The notes: generated by a model from the sequence alone, not told the origin. A stretch of DNA of 64,000 nucleotides from Clostridiales bacterium GWD2_32_19 (GCA_001795385.1 MGOU01000007.1:673-64672), one strand, 5' to 3'. Shown: positions 40,578 to 53,020, counted from the first letter of the stretch. A program made the numbers and translations.

Positions 40578-42680
40578 ATGAAAATAAATAATAATATTCC
40601 AGCTTTAAGATCATTACATTTATTAGATGTTACAAATTCAGCTTTGGACAAGACATTAGAAAAGTTATCATCAGGTAAAAGGATTAATCGTGCAGCAGAC
40701 GATGCGGCAGGACTGGCAATAGCACAAAAAATGGACACGCAAGTAAGAGGTTTAGAAATCGCTACTAGAAACTCTAATGATGGTATAAGTTTAATACAAA
40801 CTGCAGAAGGATCTCTTACAGAAGTTCATTCAATGTTACAGAGGATAAGAGAGCTATGTATACAAGCGTCGAATGGAACTTTATCAGCTGATGATAGGGA
40901 TTCAATAAATAACGAAGTAGTTCAGTTGAAAGAAGAAATCGGAAGAATCGCTGATACAACTGAATTTAATGAGATGAAATTATTAAATGGAGATATAGAT
41001 AGAAGAGCGTTCTCAACAAACTCAAATGTAGCTGATATAGTTGCAATGAGCGATACTGTTAATCCAGCAAATTATAGTTTTGAGGTAACACAAAGTGCCA
41101 CAAAAACAAAGGATACGGGAGGAGCAGTAACATTATTTGATGGAACCGGAAATTCGACTTTAGCAGGATACATAAATATAAATGGTGAACAGATTTATAT
41201 AGAATCAGGAGAGTCTTCAGAAACCGTTTTCGCTAAAATTAGAAACTTGGCAGATACAGCAGGAGTGAATGCCACAACAGTATCACCTTTCGGAAATAGT
41301 AAAACTATAACACTAGAAGCACAATTATTTGGAGAAAAAGAAATATCAGTTACGGGAGACACTGATCTTATAGAAGGGCTTGGGCTTGATTCTGTTCATT
41401 TTAATCCTAATACAGAAGGAGAATATAAAAAGGTTAGTAATTTAGGTATATCAATAGGTGCTTTAGATGGGGATGTACTGGTAAATGGAATAGAAGTTAA
41501 TTTTTTAAATACGGATACAACAGCAGATATTCTGGATAAATTAAAAGCAAAAAACATACCTGGTGCAGAATTTGCTTTAGATTTAACGGGAGTAGATAGT
41601 ATAATAGTTATGTCAACAAAGCCTCTAGTAATTGAGGCGAAAACAGCAGGGGCTGGAGATGTAGCTGTAGCAGCAGATTTATCATCACTAGCATCAGGGA
41701 CTGCACTTAGTTCATCATCAGTAAGATGTGTACCAGAAGACAATATAGATACAACAGCTACTATTCTAGGTGGAGTGGCACCAGCGGGAGCTGATATTGA
41801 GATAATGGTAAATGGTACATCAGCAGGAGCTTACCATTTTGCCGCAAATTTAGACTTAAGCATTCCAGCAAATTTAGAGACATTGGTTGGAAATTTAAAT
41901 CAACTAGCAGTTCCAAATACTACATTTACATTAGATGAAACTGGCAGTAAATTGATATCTTATAATACAAACGGAGATACTGTTACATTAGTTCCATCGG
42001 ATAATGGAGATACAGATGATGTTGATGCTGCAGGATTTTTAGGATATTCTAATTCATCAGTGTCTGTACAAACAGGTTTTGGAAATAAAGGACATAGTAT
42101 AGAAGTTAATCCTACTAACATAGTGTTTGACAATCCAAGTACGGCAGCAATTGAGGGATTTCCTATTGGGACAACTGTTACAACAAGTGGGAAGAAAATT
42201 GTATTTGAAGGATCAGAGGGATTCCAATTAACTTTACAAGGTGGAGATGTTCCAGGAAATGTAACTGTTAATATACTAGAGACGGGACCACTTGATTTAC
42301 AAATCGGAGCAAATGAAGGACAATTTATGGCAATAAGAATACAAAACTTGTCACCGGAAGCTTTAGGAATTGAAGACTTAAACCTAAGCACATCAACTTT
42401 AGCACAAGATGCAATAACAATAATAGATAAAGCAATAAACACAATATCAAGTGTTCGTTCAAAGCTTGGGGCTTTCCAGAATAGATTGGAACATACGATA
42501 CAGAGCTTAACAGTTGCATCAGAAAATATGATTGCATCATTATCACGTATAGAAGATGCAGACATGGCATTTGAAATGTCAGAATATACGAAACAAAATG
42601 TATTAGCACAAGCAGGTACATCGATGCTTGCACAAGCAAATCAAAGACCACAATCGATATTACAATTGTTACAACAATAA
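40578..42680 (+). CDS. fliC: flagellin with large central variable region
   Basis: MKINNN, LSSGKRINRAADDAAGLAI, LQIGANEG, RSKLGAFQNRLEH, SRIEDADMA, LAQANQRPQ. Confidence 0.96.
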   Translation: MKINNNIPALRSLHLLDVTNSALDKTLEKLSSGKRINRAADDAAGLAIAQKMDTQVRGLEIATRNSNDGISLIQTAEGSLTEVHSMLQRIRELCIQASNGTLSADDRDSINNEVVQLKEEIGRIADTTEFNEMKLLNGDIDRRAFSTNSNVADIVAMSDTVNPANYSFEVTQSATKTKDTGGAVTLFDGTGNSTLAGYININGEQIYIESGESSETVFAKIRNLADTAGVNATTVSPFGNSKTITLEAQLFGEKEISVTGDTDLIEGLGLDSVHFNPNTEGEYKKVSNLGISIGALDGDVLVNGIEVNFLNTDTTADILDKLKAKNIPGAEFALDLTGVDSIIVMSTKPLVIEAKTAGAGDVAVAADLSSLASGTALSSSSVRCVPEDNIDTTATILGGVAPAGADIEIMVNGTSAGAYHFAANLDLSIPANLETLVGNLNQLAVPNTTFTLDETGSKLISYNTNGDTVTLVPSDNGDTDDVDAAGFLGYSNSSVSVQTGFGNKGHSIEVNPTNIVFDNPSTAAIEGFPIGTTVTTSGKKIVFEGSEGFQLTLQGGDVPGNVTVNILETGPLDLQIGANEGQFMAIRIQNLSPEALGIEDLNLSTSTLAQDAITIIDKAINTISSVRSKLGAFQNRLEHTIQSLTVASENMIASLSRIEDADMAFEMSEYTKQNVLAQAGTSMLAQANQRPQSILQLLQQ

Positions 42681-42696
42681 TGGGGGGTGAAATATC

Positions 42697-43164
42697 TTGG
42701 AAGGTATGACAGTAAGAATAGCTGGAGCGACGCCATCAGAATTATTAGTTATTACATATGATATAACCATTGATTCTATAGATAATGCAATTAAAGCTTT
42801 AAAAGAAAACAACGAAAAGCAATTTAGAAGATACATAAATAAATCTCAAAATCTTACAAGAGAATTAATGAACACTCTGAATATGTCATATGAGATTTCA
42901 ATAAGCTTATTATCTCTCTATCGATTTGTGAATGAATTGTTAGTAAAAGGTTCTGTAAAAAAAAGTGATAAATATCTTCTCGAAGCGAAAAAAGTACTTA
43001 ACATATTACTTGATGGGTGGAAGACTGTTAGTCAAACACAAAGGAAAATACAGAAACCGGTTGTAGACAATGCTCAGAGATTAGTAGCAGGTCTTACATA
43101 TGGAAAAGGAAGTTTGAATGAATCTGTGATGAATAATGGGGTTAATAGAGGGTATACAGCATAA
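42697..43164 (+). CDS. fliS: flagellin chaperone FliS-like
   Basis: ATPSELLVITYD, ELMNTLN, LLSLYRF, LLDGW; follows flagellin. Confidence 0.85.
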   Translation: MEGMTVRIAGATPSELLVITYDITIDSIDNAIKALKENNEKQFRRYINKSQNLTRELMNTLNMSYEISISLLSLYRFVNELLVKGSVKKSDKYLLEAKKVLNILLDGWKTVSQTQRKIQKPVVDNAQRLVAGLTYGKGSLNESVMNNGVNRGYTA

Positions 43165-43196
43165 AAAAAGTCAAGCCAAAGCGGCTTGACTTTTTT
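43163..43196 (+). terminator. intrinsic terminator after fliS
   Basis: aaaaaagtcaagcc-aaagc-ggcttgactttttt. Confidence 0.85.
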
Positions 43197-43327
43197 AAGT
43201 CCTCCCCCTGCGAAGGGGGAGCTAGAGGGGTAAGAGTGTTTGGAATGAATTGTTTCTTTTCTTTTTGAAAGACCAAAAAGAAACAAAAAGTCTTTAACCT
43301 TTGTAATAAAAATTTTGCTTAAAGGTG

Positions 43328-43356
43328 TTTACAAATGGAAAAAATTATATTATAAT
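43328..43356 (+). promoter_or_regulatory. sigma-A promoter of tig
   Basis: TTTACA-17-TATAAT. Confidence 0.65.
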
Positions 43357-43444
43357 AAACAATAGTTTTACAAGTAAATGTATTGGATACATTGCAATTG
43401 AAAAGAAATTTTGTGTTTTGAGCACAATGAAAGGGTGATAATTA

Positions 43445-44731
43445 ATGACAAGCAAATTAGAAAACTTAGAAAAAGGCGTTGCAAAATTAACTATAGAGGT
43501 TGATGCTAAAAGATTTGAAGAAGGACTTAAATATTCATTTAGTAAAAATAAATCACATTTTAAGATTGATGGATTTAGGAATGGGAAAGCACCAAGGAGT
43601 ATCGTGGAAAAAATGTATGGAGTGCAGGTGCTATATGAGGATGCTGTAGATTACTTATTGCCAACAGAATATGAAAGCGCAGTGCGTGAACACAAATTGC
43701 AAGTAGTATCAAGACCTGATATAGATATTGTACAAATAGGAAAAGAACAAAATCTTATAGTTACGGCTGTTGTTACTTTAAAACCAGATGTAATTTTAGG
43801 GGATTATAAAGCTGCTGTAATAGAAAAGGTAAGTGAAGAAGTTACGGATGAAGAGGTAAATGAAGAAGTGCATAAAGTTGCAGAGGGTAATGCAAGACTT
43901 GTAACTGTAGAAAATAGACCAGCACAAATGGGGGATATATTAACTATAGATTTTGAAGGATTTGTAGATGATGTAGCATTTGAAGGCGGAAAAGCAGAAA
44001 ATTACGAGATTACAATAGGATCAAAAACTTTTATAGATACATTTGAAGATCAGTTAGTAGGTAAAAATACAGGGGATAATGTGGAAGTAAATGTATCTTT
44101 TCCTGAAAACTATACAAGTGAAGATTTAGCAGGGAAAAAGGCAATATTTAAAGTAGTGATAAACGAAATAACAGAAAAAGAATTACCGGAGATAGATGAT
44201 GACTTTGCGCAAGATGTTTCAGAATTTAATACATTAGATGAATATAAAAGCGGTATAAGAAGTAGAATACAAGAAGAGAAAAAAGAAAGTGCAAAAGTTG
44301 AAAAAGAAAATAGAGCAATAAGAAAAGTTGTAGAAAGTGCAAAAATGGATATACCAAAAATTATGATAGAAAACCAAACGGATAAGTTAATTCATAATTT
44401 TGAAATGAGAATAAAACAAAACGGTTTAACACTAGAACAATATTTACAATTTTCAGGACAAAATATGAACTCAGTTAGAGAAAGTTTGAAGAATGAGGCA
44501 GAAGAACAAGTAAAAACTTCTTTGGTTCTTGATGCAATAGTTACAGAAGAAAAGATAACTGTAACAGAAGAAGAATTTGAAAAGAAATTAGAAGAGTTAG
44601 CAACTTCTATGAAATTTGATATCAGTAAAGTAAAAGAAGGACTTCTAGGAGAAAGAAGAGAAGAATTCGAAGATGAAATAAAACTTCAAAAAGCTGTAGA
44701 ATTAATTGTGAACTTAGCGAAAGAAGAGTAA
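43445..44731 (+). CDS. tig: trigger factor
   Basis: IDGFRNGKAP, IDFEG...FEGG, FEDQLVG, FPENY, LPEIDDDFA. Confidence 0.97.
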   Translation: MTSKLENLEKGVAKLTIEVDAKRFEEGLKYSFSKNKSHFKIDGFRNGKAPRSIVEKMYGVQVLYEDAVDYLLPTEYESAVREHKLQVVSRPDIDIVQIGKEQNLIVTAVVTLKPDVILGDYKAAVIEKVSEEVTDEEVNEEVHKVAEGNARLVTVENRPAQMGDILTIDFEGFVDDVAFEGGKAENYEITIGSKTFIDTFEDQLVGKNTGDNVEVNVSFPENYTSEDLAGKKAIFKVVINEITEKELPEIDDDFAQDVSEFNTLDEYKSGIRSRIQEEKKESAKVEKENRAIRKVVESAKMDIPKIMIENQTDKLIHNFEMRIKQNGLTLEQYLQFSGQNMNSVRESLKNEAEEQVKTSLVLDAIVTEEKITVTEEEFEKKLEELATSMKFDISKVKEGLLGERREEFEDEIKLQKAVELIVNLAKEE

Positions 44732-44777
44732 AAAATAGTCCAAATATATTTGGGAACTATAGAGGGGGATAATGCTA

Positions 44778-45362
44778 ATGAGTTTAGTACCTATGGTAAT
44801 TGAACAAACTAATAGAGGCGAGAGATCGTATGATATATTTTCGAGATTGTTAAAAGACAGGATAATTATGCTAAGTGATCAGGTGAATGATGTTACTGCA
44901 AGCTTGGTAGTGGCGCAGCTATTGTTTTTAGAAGCAGAAGATCCAGAAAAAGATATATATTTGTATATAAATAGTCCAGGTGGTTCTGTAACTAGTGGAT
45001 TTGCCATATATGATACGATGCAATATATAAAATCAGATGTTGCGACTATATGTGTAGGAATGGCAGCGAGCATGGGAGCATTTTTACTTGCTGGTGGGCA
45101 AAAAGGAAAAAGATTTGCACTTCCAAACTCAGAAATAATGATACATCAACCACTCGGTGGCATGGAAGGTCAAGCTACAGATATGGAGATAGCGGCAAAA
45201 CATATTTTAAGGACGAAAGAGAAGTTAAACAGTATATTAAGTGAAAGAACAGGTCAATCAATCGAAAATATAACAAAGGACACAGATCGAAATAATTTTA
45301 TGACAGCAGAAGAAGCAAAAGATTATGGAATAATAGATAAGATATATTTTAAGAAGGAATAA
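44778..45362 (+). CDS. clpP: Clp protease proteolytic subunit
   Basis: [26 protein letters not shown]. Confidence 0.98.
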   Translation: MSLVPMVIEQTNRGERSYDIFSRLLKDRIIMLSDQVNDVTASLVVAQLLFLEAEDPEKDIYLYINSPGGSVTSGFAIYDTMQYIKSDVATICVGMAASMGAFLLAGGQKGKRFALPNSEIMIHQPLGGMEGQATDMEIAAKHILRTKEKLNSILSERTGQSIENITKDTDRNNFMTAEEAKDYGIIDKIYFKKE

Positions 45363-45473
45363 GCTTTAGGATTTCATTGCAGAAGCTATGGTGAGGGTGT
45401 TATAAAACGAGGTTTCTTAATTTGGAAATCTACTAAATAATTATTATATGACAAAAGGAAGGTGACAAAGAAT

Positions 45474-46769
45474 ATGATAAATAAATTTGAAGAAGGAAGG
45501 AATATACATTGTTCGTTTTGCAGTAAGACTCAAGACCAAGTTAAACGTCTTATAGCTGGACAAGATGTATATATCTGTGACGAGTGCATAAAGGTATGTA
45601 AAGAAATTGTTGATAAGCAAATATATGATTATGAAACAAAAGATCAAATACAAAATCTTTTAAAACCAAAAGAAATAAAAAATATTTTAGATGAGTATGT
45701 AATAGGGCAAGATGAAGCAAAAAAAGCACTTGCAGTGGCAGTGTATAATCACTATAAAAGAATATTTTTTGTAGATGCAAGCAACAAATGTGAACTTCAA
45801 AAGAGTAATATACTTTTGGTAGGTCCTACGGGATCAGGTAAAACATATCTTGCACAAACTTTAGCAAAAATGCTCAATGTTCCATTTGCAATAGCTGATG
45901 CAACATCACTAACAGAAGCAGGTTATGTAGGTGAGGATGTAGAAAATATCTTGCTTAGACTTATACAAGCTGCTGATTTTGATATAGAGAAGGCAGAAAC
46001 AGGAATAATATATATTGATGAAATAGATAAAATATCAAGAAAGTCAGATAATCCATCGATAACAAGAGATGTAAGTGGTGAAGGTGTCCAACAAGCTTTA
46101 CTTAAGATTTTAGAAGGAACAGTTGCTTCAGTTCCACCACAAGGTGGAAGAAAACATCCGCATCAGGATTTCTTGCAAATAGATACATCGAATATATTAT
46201 TTATATGCGGTGGTGCTTTTGAGGGACTAGAAAAAGTAATTGATAAAAGAACAGATAATAGTGGAATGGGATTTGGGATCGAAGTAAAATCAAAGAAAGA
46301 TAAGAAGGTTGGAGAATCATTTAAAAAAATGCTCCCAGCTGATTTACTAAAATATGGATTGATACCAGAATTTGTTGGAAGAATACCAGTTATTGTAGCT
46401 CTTGATGATTTGGATAAAGAAACACTAATGAAAATAATAAGAGAACCTAAAAATGCAATAGTAAAACAATACGAAGCTTTACTTAAAATGGATGATGTAG
46501 AATTAGAATTCACAGATGAAGCCATAAGTGCGATAGCAGATAAGGCTTTGGAGAGAAATACAGGAGCAAGAGGACTTAGATCGATAATTGAAAGTGTGAT
46601 GATGAATACAATGTTTGATATACCATCAACAGGAAATGTAGAAAAGTGTATCATAACAAAAGAAGTTGTCGAAGGAATTAAATTGCCAGAGTTAATAATA
46701 AATGAAAACAAAAAGCAAAGTGTTAGGAAGATGAAAACAAAGATAATAAATCATAACGAAACAGCATAG
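45474..46769 (+). CDS. clpX: Clp protease ATP-binding subunit
   Basis: CSFC...ICDEC zinc finger, [25 protein letters not shown]. Confidence 0.98.
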   Translation: MINKFEEGRNIHCSFCSKTQDQVKRLIAGQDVYICDECIKVCKEIVDKQIYDYETKDQIQNLLKPKEIKNILDEYVIGQDEAKKALAVAVYNHYKRIFFVDASNKCELQKSNILLVGPTGSGKTYLAQTLAKMLNVPFAIADATSLTEAGYVGEDVENILLRLIQAADFDIEKAETGIIYIDEIDKISRKSDNPSITRDVSGEGVQQALLKILEGTVASVPPQGGRKHPHQDFLQIDTSNILFICGGAFEGLEKVIDKRTDNSGMGFGIEVKSKKDKKVGESFKKMLPADLLKYGLIPEFVGRIPVIVALDDLDKETLMKIIREPKNAIVKQYEALLKMDDVELEFTDEAISAIADKALERNTGARGLRSIIESVMMNTMFDIPSTGNVEKCIITKEVVEGIKLPELIINENKKQSVRKMKTKIINHNETA

Positions 46770-46770
46770 C

Positions 46771-46801
46771 AAAAACTTCAAGCAGATGCTTGAAGTTTTT
46801 T
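46771..46801 (+). terminator. intrinsic terminator after clpX
   Basis: aaaaacttcaagca-ga-tgcttgaagttttt. Confidence 0.85.
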
Positions 46802-46902
46802 CATAAACAAAGAAAGTTCTTCTTTTTTATTATTAGAGTAATAACTGATGTTTACAATTAAGAGTTATAATGTTAAAAATATAAGCAATATTATGTAAAA
46901 TA

Positions 46903-46931
46903 TTGACTTGAAGCAGAAAAAAGTATATAAT
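46903..46931 (+). promoter_or_regulatory. sigma-A promoter
   Basis: TTGACT-17-TATAAT. Confidence 0.7.
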
Positions 46932-46986
46932 CTGATAAGAGGTAGTAATTAATTAATCCACACACTAACTGAATGGGAGGGAAATT

Positions 46987-48915
46987 ATGAAAAAACTAGG
47001 GGAATTAATATGTATGTTACTAATAGCGATAACTTGTAGCATTAGCTTGTCTCATGCCGCAACGGATTCCGAACTAATAAAAGAGGTAAGTGATAAAATA
47101 ACTTTTTATAAGAGCATGCTTACGGGAGATATAACAACTGATGTCAGAGACGCAGTAGCAGCATTGGAAAGTAAAGTAAATTTGATATCGGATTATACTG
47201 AAAAGACAAAATTAATGGAAAAAGTTTTAGAATTGAAGAACAAAATGAATGATATACTGACAGGAAAAGATTTAGAAACAATTGCTAAAAGTATTAAGTT
47301 TGTATTTGAGAATGGAGAGTTATATTTATCACTACCAGATACTTCGTCAAGGTATACATATAATGTATTGGTGGAAAATACTGACTTGGGTGTTCGAATG
47401 CTAAGTATTAAAGCAAAACAAAATGAAAAGATAACGCTTCCTACTATAAGTAAAGCCACAAGTTTAAAATATACTGTGGAAATATTATATGGCTCAGTAA
47501 TAAAAAACACGGCAACTGGAGTATTTAAATTTACAGATACACAAGCACCAAAAATAACAGCTATTTATGTACTTAATAACAAATTATATATAAAAGCAAC
47601 AGATAATTACAGATTTGCAGATAAAAGGTATATATATATTATTGGAGATCAAACATATGAAACGGATTCATACTATGAAATAGATGAATACCCAACAGCG
47701 GTAAAGGTACAAGTAAAGGATTTATTAGGAAATGCTAGTAGTCCGTATTCAGTAAATGTAATCCAAGATGCAAAAGTATATTTTGGAGATGCATCTAATG
47801 CAATAGATGAGGATATAGATGATGCAAGAGAATCGGAAATAACTACTAATAAATACTTTAAGAATATAGTTATAGGGGAATATGGTAAAGAATTATATTA
47901 TTATGATGCATTTGGAACATTTCTAAAGAAAAAGGTTGGCAACTCATATCGTGAAGCAGATGTTACACCTACTTCAACATTAACAATAAATAAAATAAAA
48001 AAGAGCGTGTTATTAAATAAAGAAGGAGTATTCGAATTAAAATTTAAAAATGTCAAAGATAATGCAATAATATCTACATATGTAGTTGTGGGAGATAAAG
48101 ATGACAAAATAGAAAGTTATTATGCAGCTGTAAGAGATAATTTACCAAGTTATACAACAACAGACTCTATTACACTTAAAAATTATATAGAACTTATTCC
48201 AAAAAGCAAATACGGTACTAGTGTATTGGATGGTAAATATATTGTTATAATGGTAGACGATATTGCATATTCAATTAATAGTTCAATTAAGCTTACAAAT
48301 AAAAGTAGTTGGAATATATATATATATAATTTAGCAACTGGAGAAGTTATAGAACACGAATTATATTATAAAAAATTAGTAAAAAGAGTGGAAACACTTA
48401 ACGATATAAAAAGTCACTGGGCAAGAAGCAGTATAGTAAGCTTGATAGAAAAAAATGTAGTTGCTGGTTATTCGGATTTGACATTTAAACCGGACAATAA
48501 AGTAACTGTTAAGGAATTTATAGCTATGTTAAACAGGCTGAATCCAAATAAGAGTAGACAAACGATTAATCCGTATGATATAGGATTGTCAAGAGATGAC
48601 TGGGCTTATTATGAAATTAAAAATGTATTATCGAAAGTGGATTATTCGGCAATACATCGCTCAGGGCTTATGAATAAATATGATTATCCAATTACGAGAG
48701 AAGAAGTAGCGTTATTGGTTGCAAATTATTATCAAATTTTAGAAAAGCCTACAGATAAGTACTATAGTGATTTGACACAAAGTGCATATTCAGATGAAAT
48801 ACAAAAACTTATTGCAAATGGAATACTTAATGGTTACAATGATAATACAGTAAAACCATTCAATGAGTTAACGAGAGCTGAGGCGGTAACAATATTAGGT
48901 AGAATTAAGAATTAA
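46987..48915 (+). CDS. secreted S-layer homology (SLH) domain protein
   Basis: Signal peptide; DIKSHWA, GYSDLTFKPD, ITREE, GYNDNTVKP...LTRAEA. Confidence 0.88.
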   Translation: MKKLGELICMLLIAITCSISLSHAATDSELIKEVSDKITFYKSMLTGDITTDVRDAVAALESKVNLISDYTEKTKLMEKVLELKNKMNDILTGKDLETIAKSIKFVFENGELYLSLPDTSSRYTYNVLVENTDLGVRMLSIKAKQNEKITLPTISKATSLKYTVEILYGSVIKNTATGVFKFTDTQAPKITAIYVLNNKLYIKATDNYRFADKRYIYIIGDQTYETDSYYEIDEYPTAVKVQVKDLLGNASSPYSVNVIQDAKVYFGDASNAIDEDIDDARESEITTNKYFKNIVIGEYGKELYYYDAFGTFLKKKVGNSYREADVTPTSTLTINKIKKSVLLNKEGVFELKFKNVKDNAIISTYVVVGDKDDKIESYYAAVRDNLPSYTTTDSITLKNYIELIPKSKYGTSVLDGKYIVIMVDDIAYSINSSIKLTNKSSWNIYIYNLATGEVIEHELYYKKLVKRVETLNDIKSHWARSSIVSLIEKNVVAGYSDLTFKPDNKVTVKEFIAMLNRLNPNKSRQTINPYDIGLSRDDWAYYEIKNVLSKVDYSAIHRSGLMNKYDYPITREEVALLVANYYQILEKPTDKYYSDLTQSAYSDEIQKLIANGILNGYNDNTVKPFNELTRAEAVTILGRIKN

Positions 48916-49046
48916 TAGGTCTTTTGTGTGTTTTTTGGGATGGTTCCTTCTGTTGAGGAATCGTCTTTTTAATTACCACGATAAAATATTCCTTTGCAAT
49001 AAAGGAATATTTTGTATAAATTCTATGAAATTTTAACAAAAATTGC

Positions 49047-49075
49047 TTGACTGCCTTGCCATTTTATGTTATTAT
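49047..49075 (+). promoter_or_regulatory. sigma-A promoter of rpoBC
   Basis: TTGACT-17-TATTAT with TGn extension. Confidence 0.7.
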
Positions 49076-49169
49076 AGTAAAATGTACTCGTTTGCTCGTA
49101 GTGAATACGAGAATGTATAAAATTTCCACAAAATGAAAAATATTACAATAATTAAAATTAAGGAGTGGA

Positions 49170-52100
49170 ATGTTAATGGAAAAAATTCGCATCAAACCTG
49201 TGAAAACTGGCAATGTAACAAGGATGTCATATATAAGAAAAGAAGAAGTTGTGGATACGCCAGATTTTATAGAAATTCAAAAACAATCTTACGAATGGCT
49301 AGTTGAAGAAGGACTTAAAGAAGTTTTTAAAGATATAAATCCTATAATTGACTACAATAATAATTTGGTATTAGAGTTTTTGGATTTCCAAATTGAAAAG
49401 GATAAAATTAAGTATAATATTGAAGATTGTAAAGCAAGAGACATGACTTATGCAGCTCCACTAAGAGTTAAGGTGCGTTTGTTAAATAAGGAAACTCAAG
49501 AAATAAAGGAACAAAATATTTTCATAGCAGATTTTCCACTAATGACTGAAAACGGTTCTTTTATTATAAATGGTGCAGAACGTGTTATTGTAAGCCAATT
49601 AGTAAGGTCGCCGGGAATATATTATAATATAGATCATGATAAATTAGGAAAACAATTAATAACAGCAACAGTTATACCTAATAGAGGAGCTTGGCTTGAA
49701 TATGAGACTGACTCGAAAGATGTTTTTTATGCAAGAGTAGACAGAACCAGAAAATTACCGGTTACATGTCTTATTAGAGCTTTAGGTGTAAATACAGATG
49801 AAGAGATAAAAGAATTATTTGGTGAAGATCCTAAGATACTTGCAACACTTGAAAAAGATGTTTCAAAAACAAGAGAAGAGGGTCTTATTGAGATATACAA
49901 AAAACTAAGACCAGGTGAACCGCCTACTGTAGATAGTGCAGAAAGTTTGTTTACAAATATGATGTACGATGATAGAAGATACGACCTTGCTAAAGTGGGG
50001 AGATATAAATTTAACAAAAAACTTGCTCTAAAAAACAGAGTAGTAGGTTTTAAAATTGCAGAAACTGTTGCAAGCCCACTTACAGGGGAAATTATTATAG
50101 AAGAAAATCAAGTTATCACTGAAGAAATAGCTGATGCAATTCAAGACTCGGGTATACATTCTTTTGGTATATTTGCTGATGACAGAATCGTAAAGATATT
50201 ATCAAATATGACTGTAGATGTAAATAAGTATTTAGATATAGATGTAAAAGAGTTAAGTGTAAAAGGAAGGGTATATTTGCCTGCACTTAAAGATTTAATT
50301 GAAAAGAACAAGGATAAAGACAAAAACGAGATAAATGAAGCAATAATGAACAATATGAAAGCATTGTTACCTATACACATAACGGTAGAAGATATTTTGG
50401 CTAGTATAAATTATACAATGCATTTAGAATATGCTATAGGAATACCAGACGATATTGACCACTTAGGAAATAGAAGAATAAGATGTGCTGGTGAGTTGCT
50501 GCAAAATCAAATAAGAATTGGATTGACCAGAACTGAGAAGGTTATACGTGAAAGAATGAATTTACAAAACATAGAAATTATTACGCCACAAGTACTCATA
50601 AATACTAAGCCTATTTCGGCATCAATAAAAGAGTTTTTTGGTAGTTCACAATTATCACAATTCATGCAACAAAACAACCCACTTGATGCACTGACACACA
50701 AGAGAAGATTGTCAGCACTAGGGCCAGGGGGATTATCAAGAGAAAGAGCTGGATTTGAAGTACGGGACGTTCACTATACACATTTTGGTAGAATGTGTCC
50801 AGTTGAAACACCAGAAGGTCCAAACATCGGTCTTATTAACTCGCTTGCAATATACGCAAGAATTAATGAATATGGATTTATAGAAACACCTTATAGAAAA
50901 GTGGATAAAACACAAGCTGAACCAAGAGTAACAGTAGAAATTGCTTACTTCACGGCGGATGAAGAAGAAAAATTTGTAGTTGTCCAAGCCAATGAACCAC
51001 TAAATACAGATGGAACATTTAAAAATGAAAAAGTAACTGGACGATATAAAAAAGAAGAGTTTATTGAGTTAAGTAGATATAAAGCAGATTTAATGGAAGT
51101 ATCGCCACAACAAATGTTTTCAGTTGCAACAGCAATGATTCCTTTTCTTGAAAACGACGATGCGAACCGTGCACTCATGGGTTCAAACATGCAACGTCAA
51201 TCAGTTCCACTTATAAAAACAGAGTCTCCTATAATAGGTACAGGTTTAGAATACGATGTAGCGATAGATTCTGGAGTAGTAATAGTTGCAAAAGAAGAGG
51301 GTGTTGTTACAAAAACATCTGCTAACGAAATAATAATAAAAAATATTAATGGACAATACGATAAATATGAATTGTTGAAGTTTAAGAGAAGTAATCAAAC
51401 AAACTGTATAAATCAAGTTCCTATTGTAGACAGAGGCCAAAAAGTTAAAAAAGGCGAAGCAATTGCGGATGGACCATCTACAAAAAATGGAGAGATTGCA
51501 TTAGGTAAAAACATATTGATTGGATTTATGACTTGGGAAGGTTATAACTATGAGGATGCTATATTGCTTAATGAAAAACTAGTTCAAGATGATGTTTATA
51601 CATCAATTCATATAGAAGAATACGAGATGCAATCAAGAGATACAAAACTAGGACCTGAAGATATTACAAGAGATATTCCGAATATTGGTGATGACGCCAT
51701 ACGTGATCTAGATGATAAGGGAATAATAAGAATTGGGGCAGAGGTATTGCCGGGAGATATATTAGTTGGTAAGGTGACTCCAAAAGGTGAAACAGAGCTT
51801 ACAGCAGAAGAAAGATTACTTCGCGCAATATTTGGAGAAAAAGCTAGAGAAGTTAGAGATACTTCACTAAGAGTTCCACATGGTCAATCAGGTATAATAC
51901 TTGATGTGCATGTTTTTACAAAAGAAAATGGAGACGAGTTGCCACCAGGTGTAAATGAAGTTGTTAGAGTTTACATTGCTCAAAAGAGAAAGATATCTGT
52001 TGGGGATAAAATGGCTGGTAGACATGGTAATAAAGGTGTTGTTTCGAGAGTATTACCGTCAGAAGATATGCCATATCTTCCAAACGGAAGGGCACTTGAT

Positions 52101-53000
52101 ATAGTTCTTAACCCACTTGGGGTTCCATCACGTATGAATATTGGTCAAGTACTTGAAGTTCATTTAGGACTTGCAGCAAAAGCCCTCGGAATAATGGTTG
52201 CGACTCCAGTATTTAATGGAGCAAAAGAAGGGGAAGTAGTTCAGACACTGGAAATTGCTAACGATTATGTAAATACTGAATGGAAAGACTTTGAAGATAA
52301 ATGGAAAGATAAATTAGATGAAGGATTTTTCAATCATTTAGATAAAAACAAAGCTCATAGGGAAGAGTGGAAAGATGTCCCAATTAACACAACAGGTAAA
52401 ATAATGCTTAGGGATGGAAGAACTGGAGAAGAGTTTGATAATCCTGTAACTGTAGGATATATGCATTATCTAAAATTACATCACTTGGTAGATGATAAAA
52501 TACATGCTCGTTCGACTGGTCCATATTCACTTGTAACTCAACAACCACTTGGAGGAAAAGCACAATTTGGTGGTCAGAGATTTGGTGAGATGGAAGTTTG
52601 GGCGCTTGAAGCTTATGGTGCTGCTTATACACTTCAAGAACTTCTTACTGTAAAATCTGACGATGTTATAGGACGTGTTAGAACTTATGAAGCTATAGTA
52701 AAAGGAGAAAATATTCCAAAACCAGGAATACCTGAGTCATTTAAGGTTCTTTTAAAAGAATTACAGGCACTATGTCTTGATATAACAGTATATGATAAAG
52801 ATCGTGAGTTTGATATAAGAGAGTCTGTAGAAAATGATGATATAGAAGAAACATTTTTTGAACATGAATCTGAAAAGAAGAGAAATAACGACAGTGATAA
52901 TGATGATGACGAATTGTACTCAGTTCAATATATAACTTCTGAAGAACTTGCTACGGAATCAGATGATATAAATATTGTTGACGAGAAAGATTTATTTTAG
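49170..53000 (+). CDS. rpoB: RNA polymerase beta subunit
   Basis: [31 protein letters not shown]; start may be 49176. Confidence 0.99.
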   Translation: MLMEKIRIKPVKTGNVTRMSYIRKEEVVDTPDFIEIQKQSYEWLVEEGLKEVFKDINPIIDYNNNLVLEFLDFQIEKDKIKYNIEDCKARDMTYAAPLRVKVRLLNKETQEIKEQNIFIADFPLMTENGSFIINGAERVIVSQLVRSPGIYYNIDHDKLGKQLITATVIPNRGAWLEYETDSKDVFYARVDRTRKLPVTCLIRALGVNTDEEIKELFGEDPKILATLEKDVSKTREEGLIEIYKKLRPGEPPTVDSAESLFTNMMYDDRRYDLAKVGRYKFNKKLALKNRVVGFKIAETVASPLTGEIIIEENQVITEEIADAIQDSGIHSFGIFADDRIVKILSNMTVDVNKYLDIDVKELSVKGRVYLPALKDLIEKNKDKDKNEINEAIMNNMKALLPIHITVEDILASINYTMHLEYAIGIPDDIDHLGNRRIRCAGELLQNQIRIGLTRTEKVIRERMNLQNIEIITPQVLINTKPISASIKEFFGSSQLSQFMQQNNPLDALTHKRRLSALGPGGLSRERAGFEVRDVHYTHFGRMCPVETPEGPNIGLINSLAIYARINEYGFIETPYRKVDKTQAEPRVTVEIAYFTADEEEKFVVVQANEPLNTDGTFKNEKVTGRYKKEEFIELSRYKADLMEVSPQQMFSVATAMIPFLENDDANRALMGSNMQRQSVPLIKTESPIIGTGLEYDVAIDSGVVIVAKEEGVVTKTSANEIIIKNINGQYDKYELLKFKRSNQTNCINQVPIVDRGQKVKKGEAIADGPSTKNGEIALGKNILIGFMTWEGYNYEDAILLNEKLVQDDVYTSIHIEEYEMQSRDTKLGPEDITRDIPNIGDDAIRDLDDKGIIRIGAEVLPGDILVGKVTPKGETELTAEERLLRAIFGEKAREVRDTSLRVPHGQSGIILDVHVFTKENGDELPPGVNEVVRVYIAQKRKISVGDKMAGRHGNKGVVSRVLPSEDMPYLPNGRALDIVLNPLGVPSRMNIGQVLEVHLGLAAKALGIMVATPVFNGAKEGEVVQTLEIANDYVNTEWKDFEDKWKDKLDEGFFNHLDKNKAHREEWKDVPINTTGKIMLRDGRTGEEFDNPVTVGYMHYLKLHHLVDDKIHARSTGPYSLVTQQPLGGKAQFGGQRFGEMEVWALEAYGAAYTLQELLTVKSDDVIGRVRTYEAIVKGENIPKPGIPESFKVLLKELQALCLDITVYDKDREFDIRESVENDDIEETFFEHESEKKRNNDSDNDDDELYSVQYITSEELATESDDINIVDEKDLF

Positions 53001-53020
53001 ATATCAGGTATAAATGATCG

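Noticed and set aside
41000-42300. Proteolytic (metallopeptidase-containing) flagellin
   Set aside because: No HExxH motif in the variable region.
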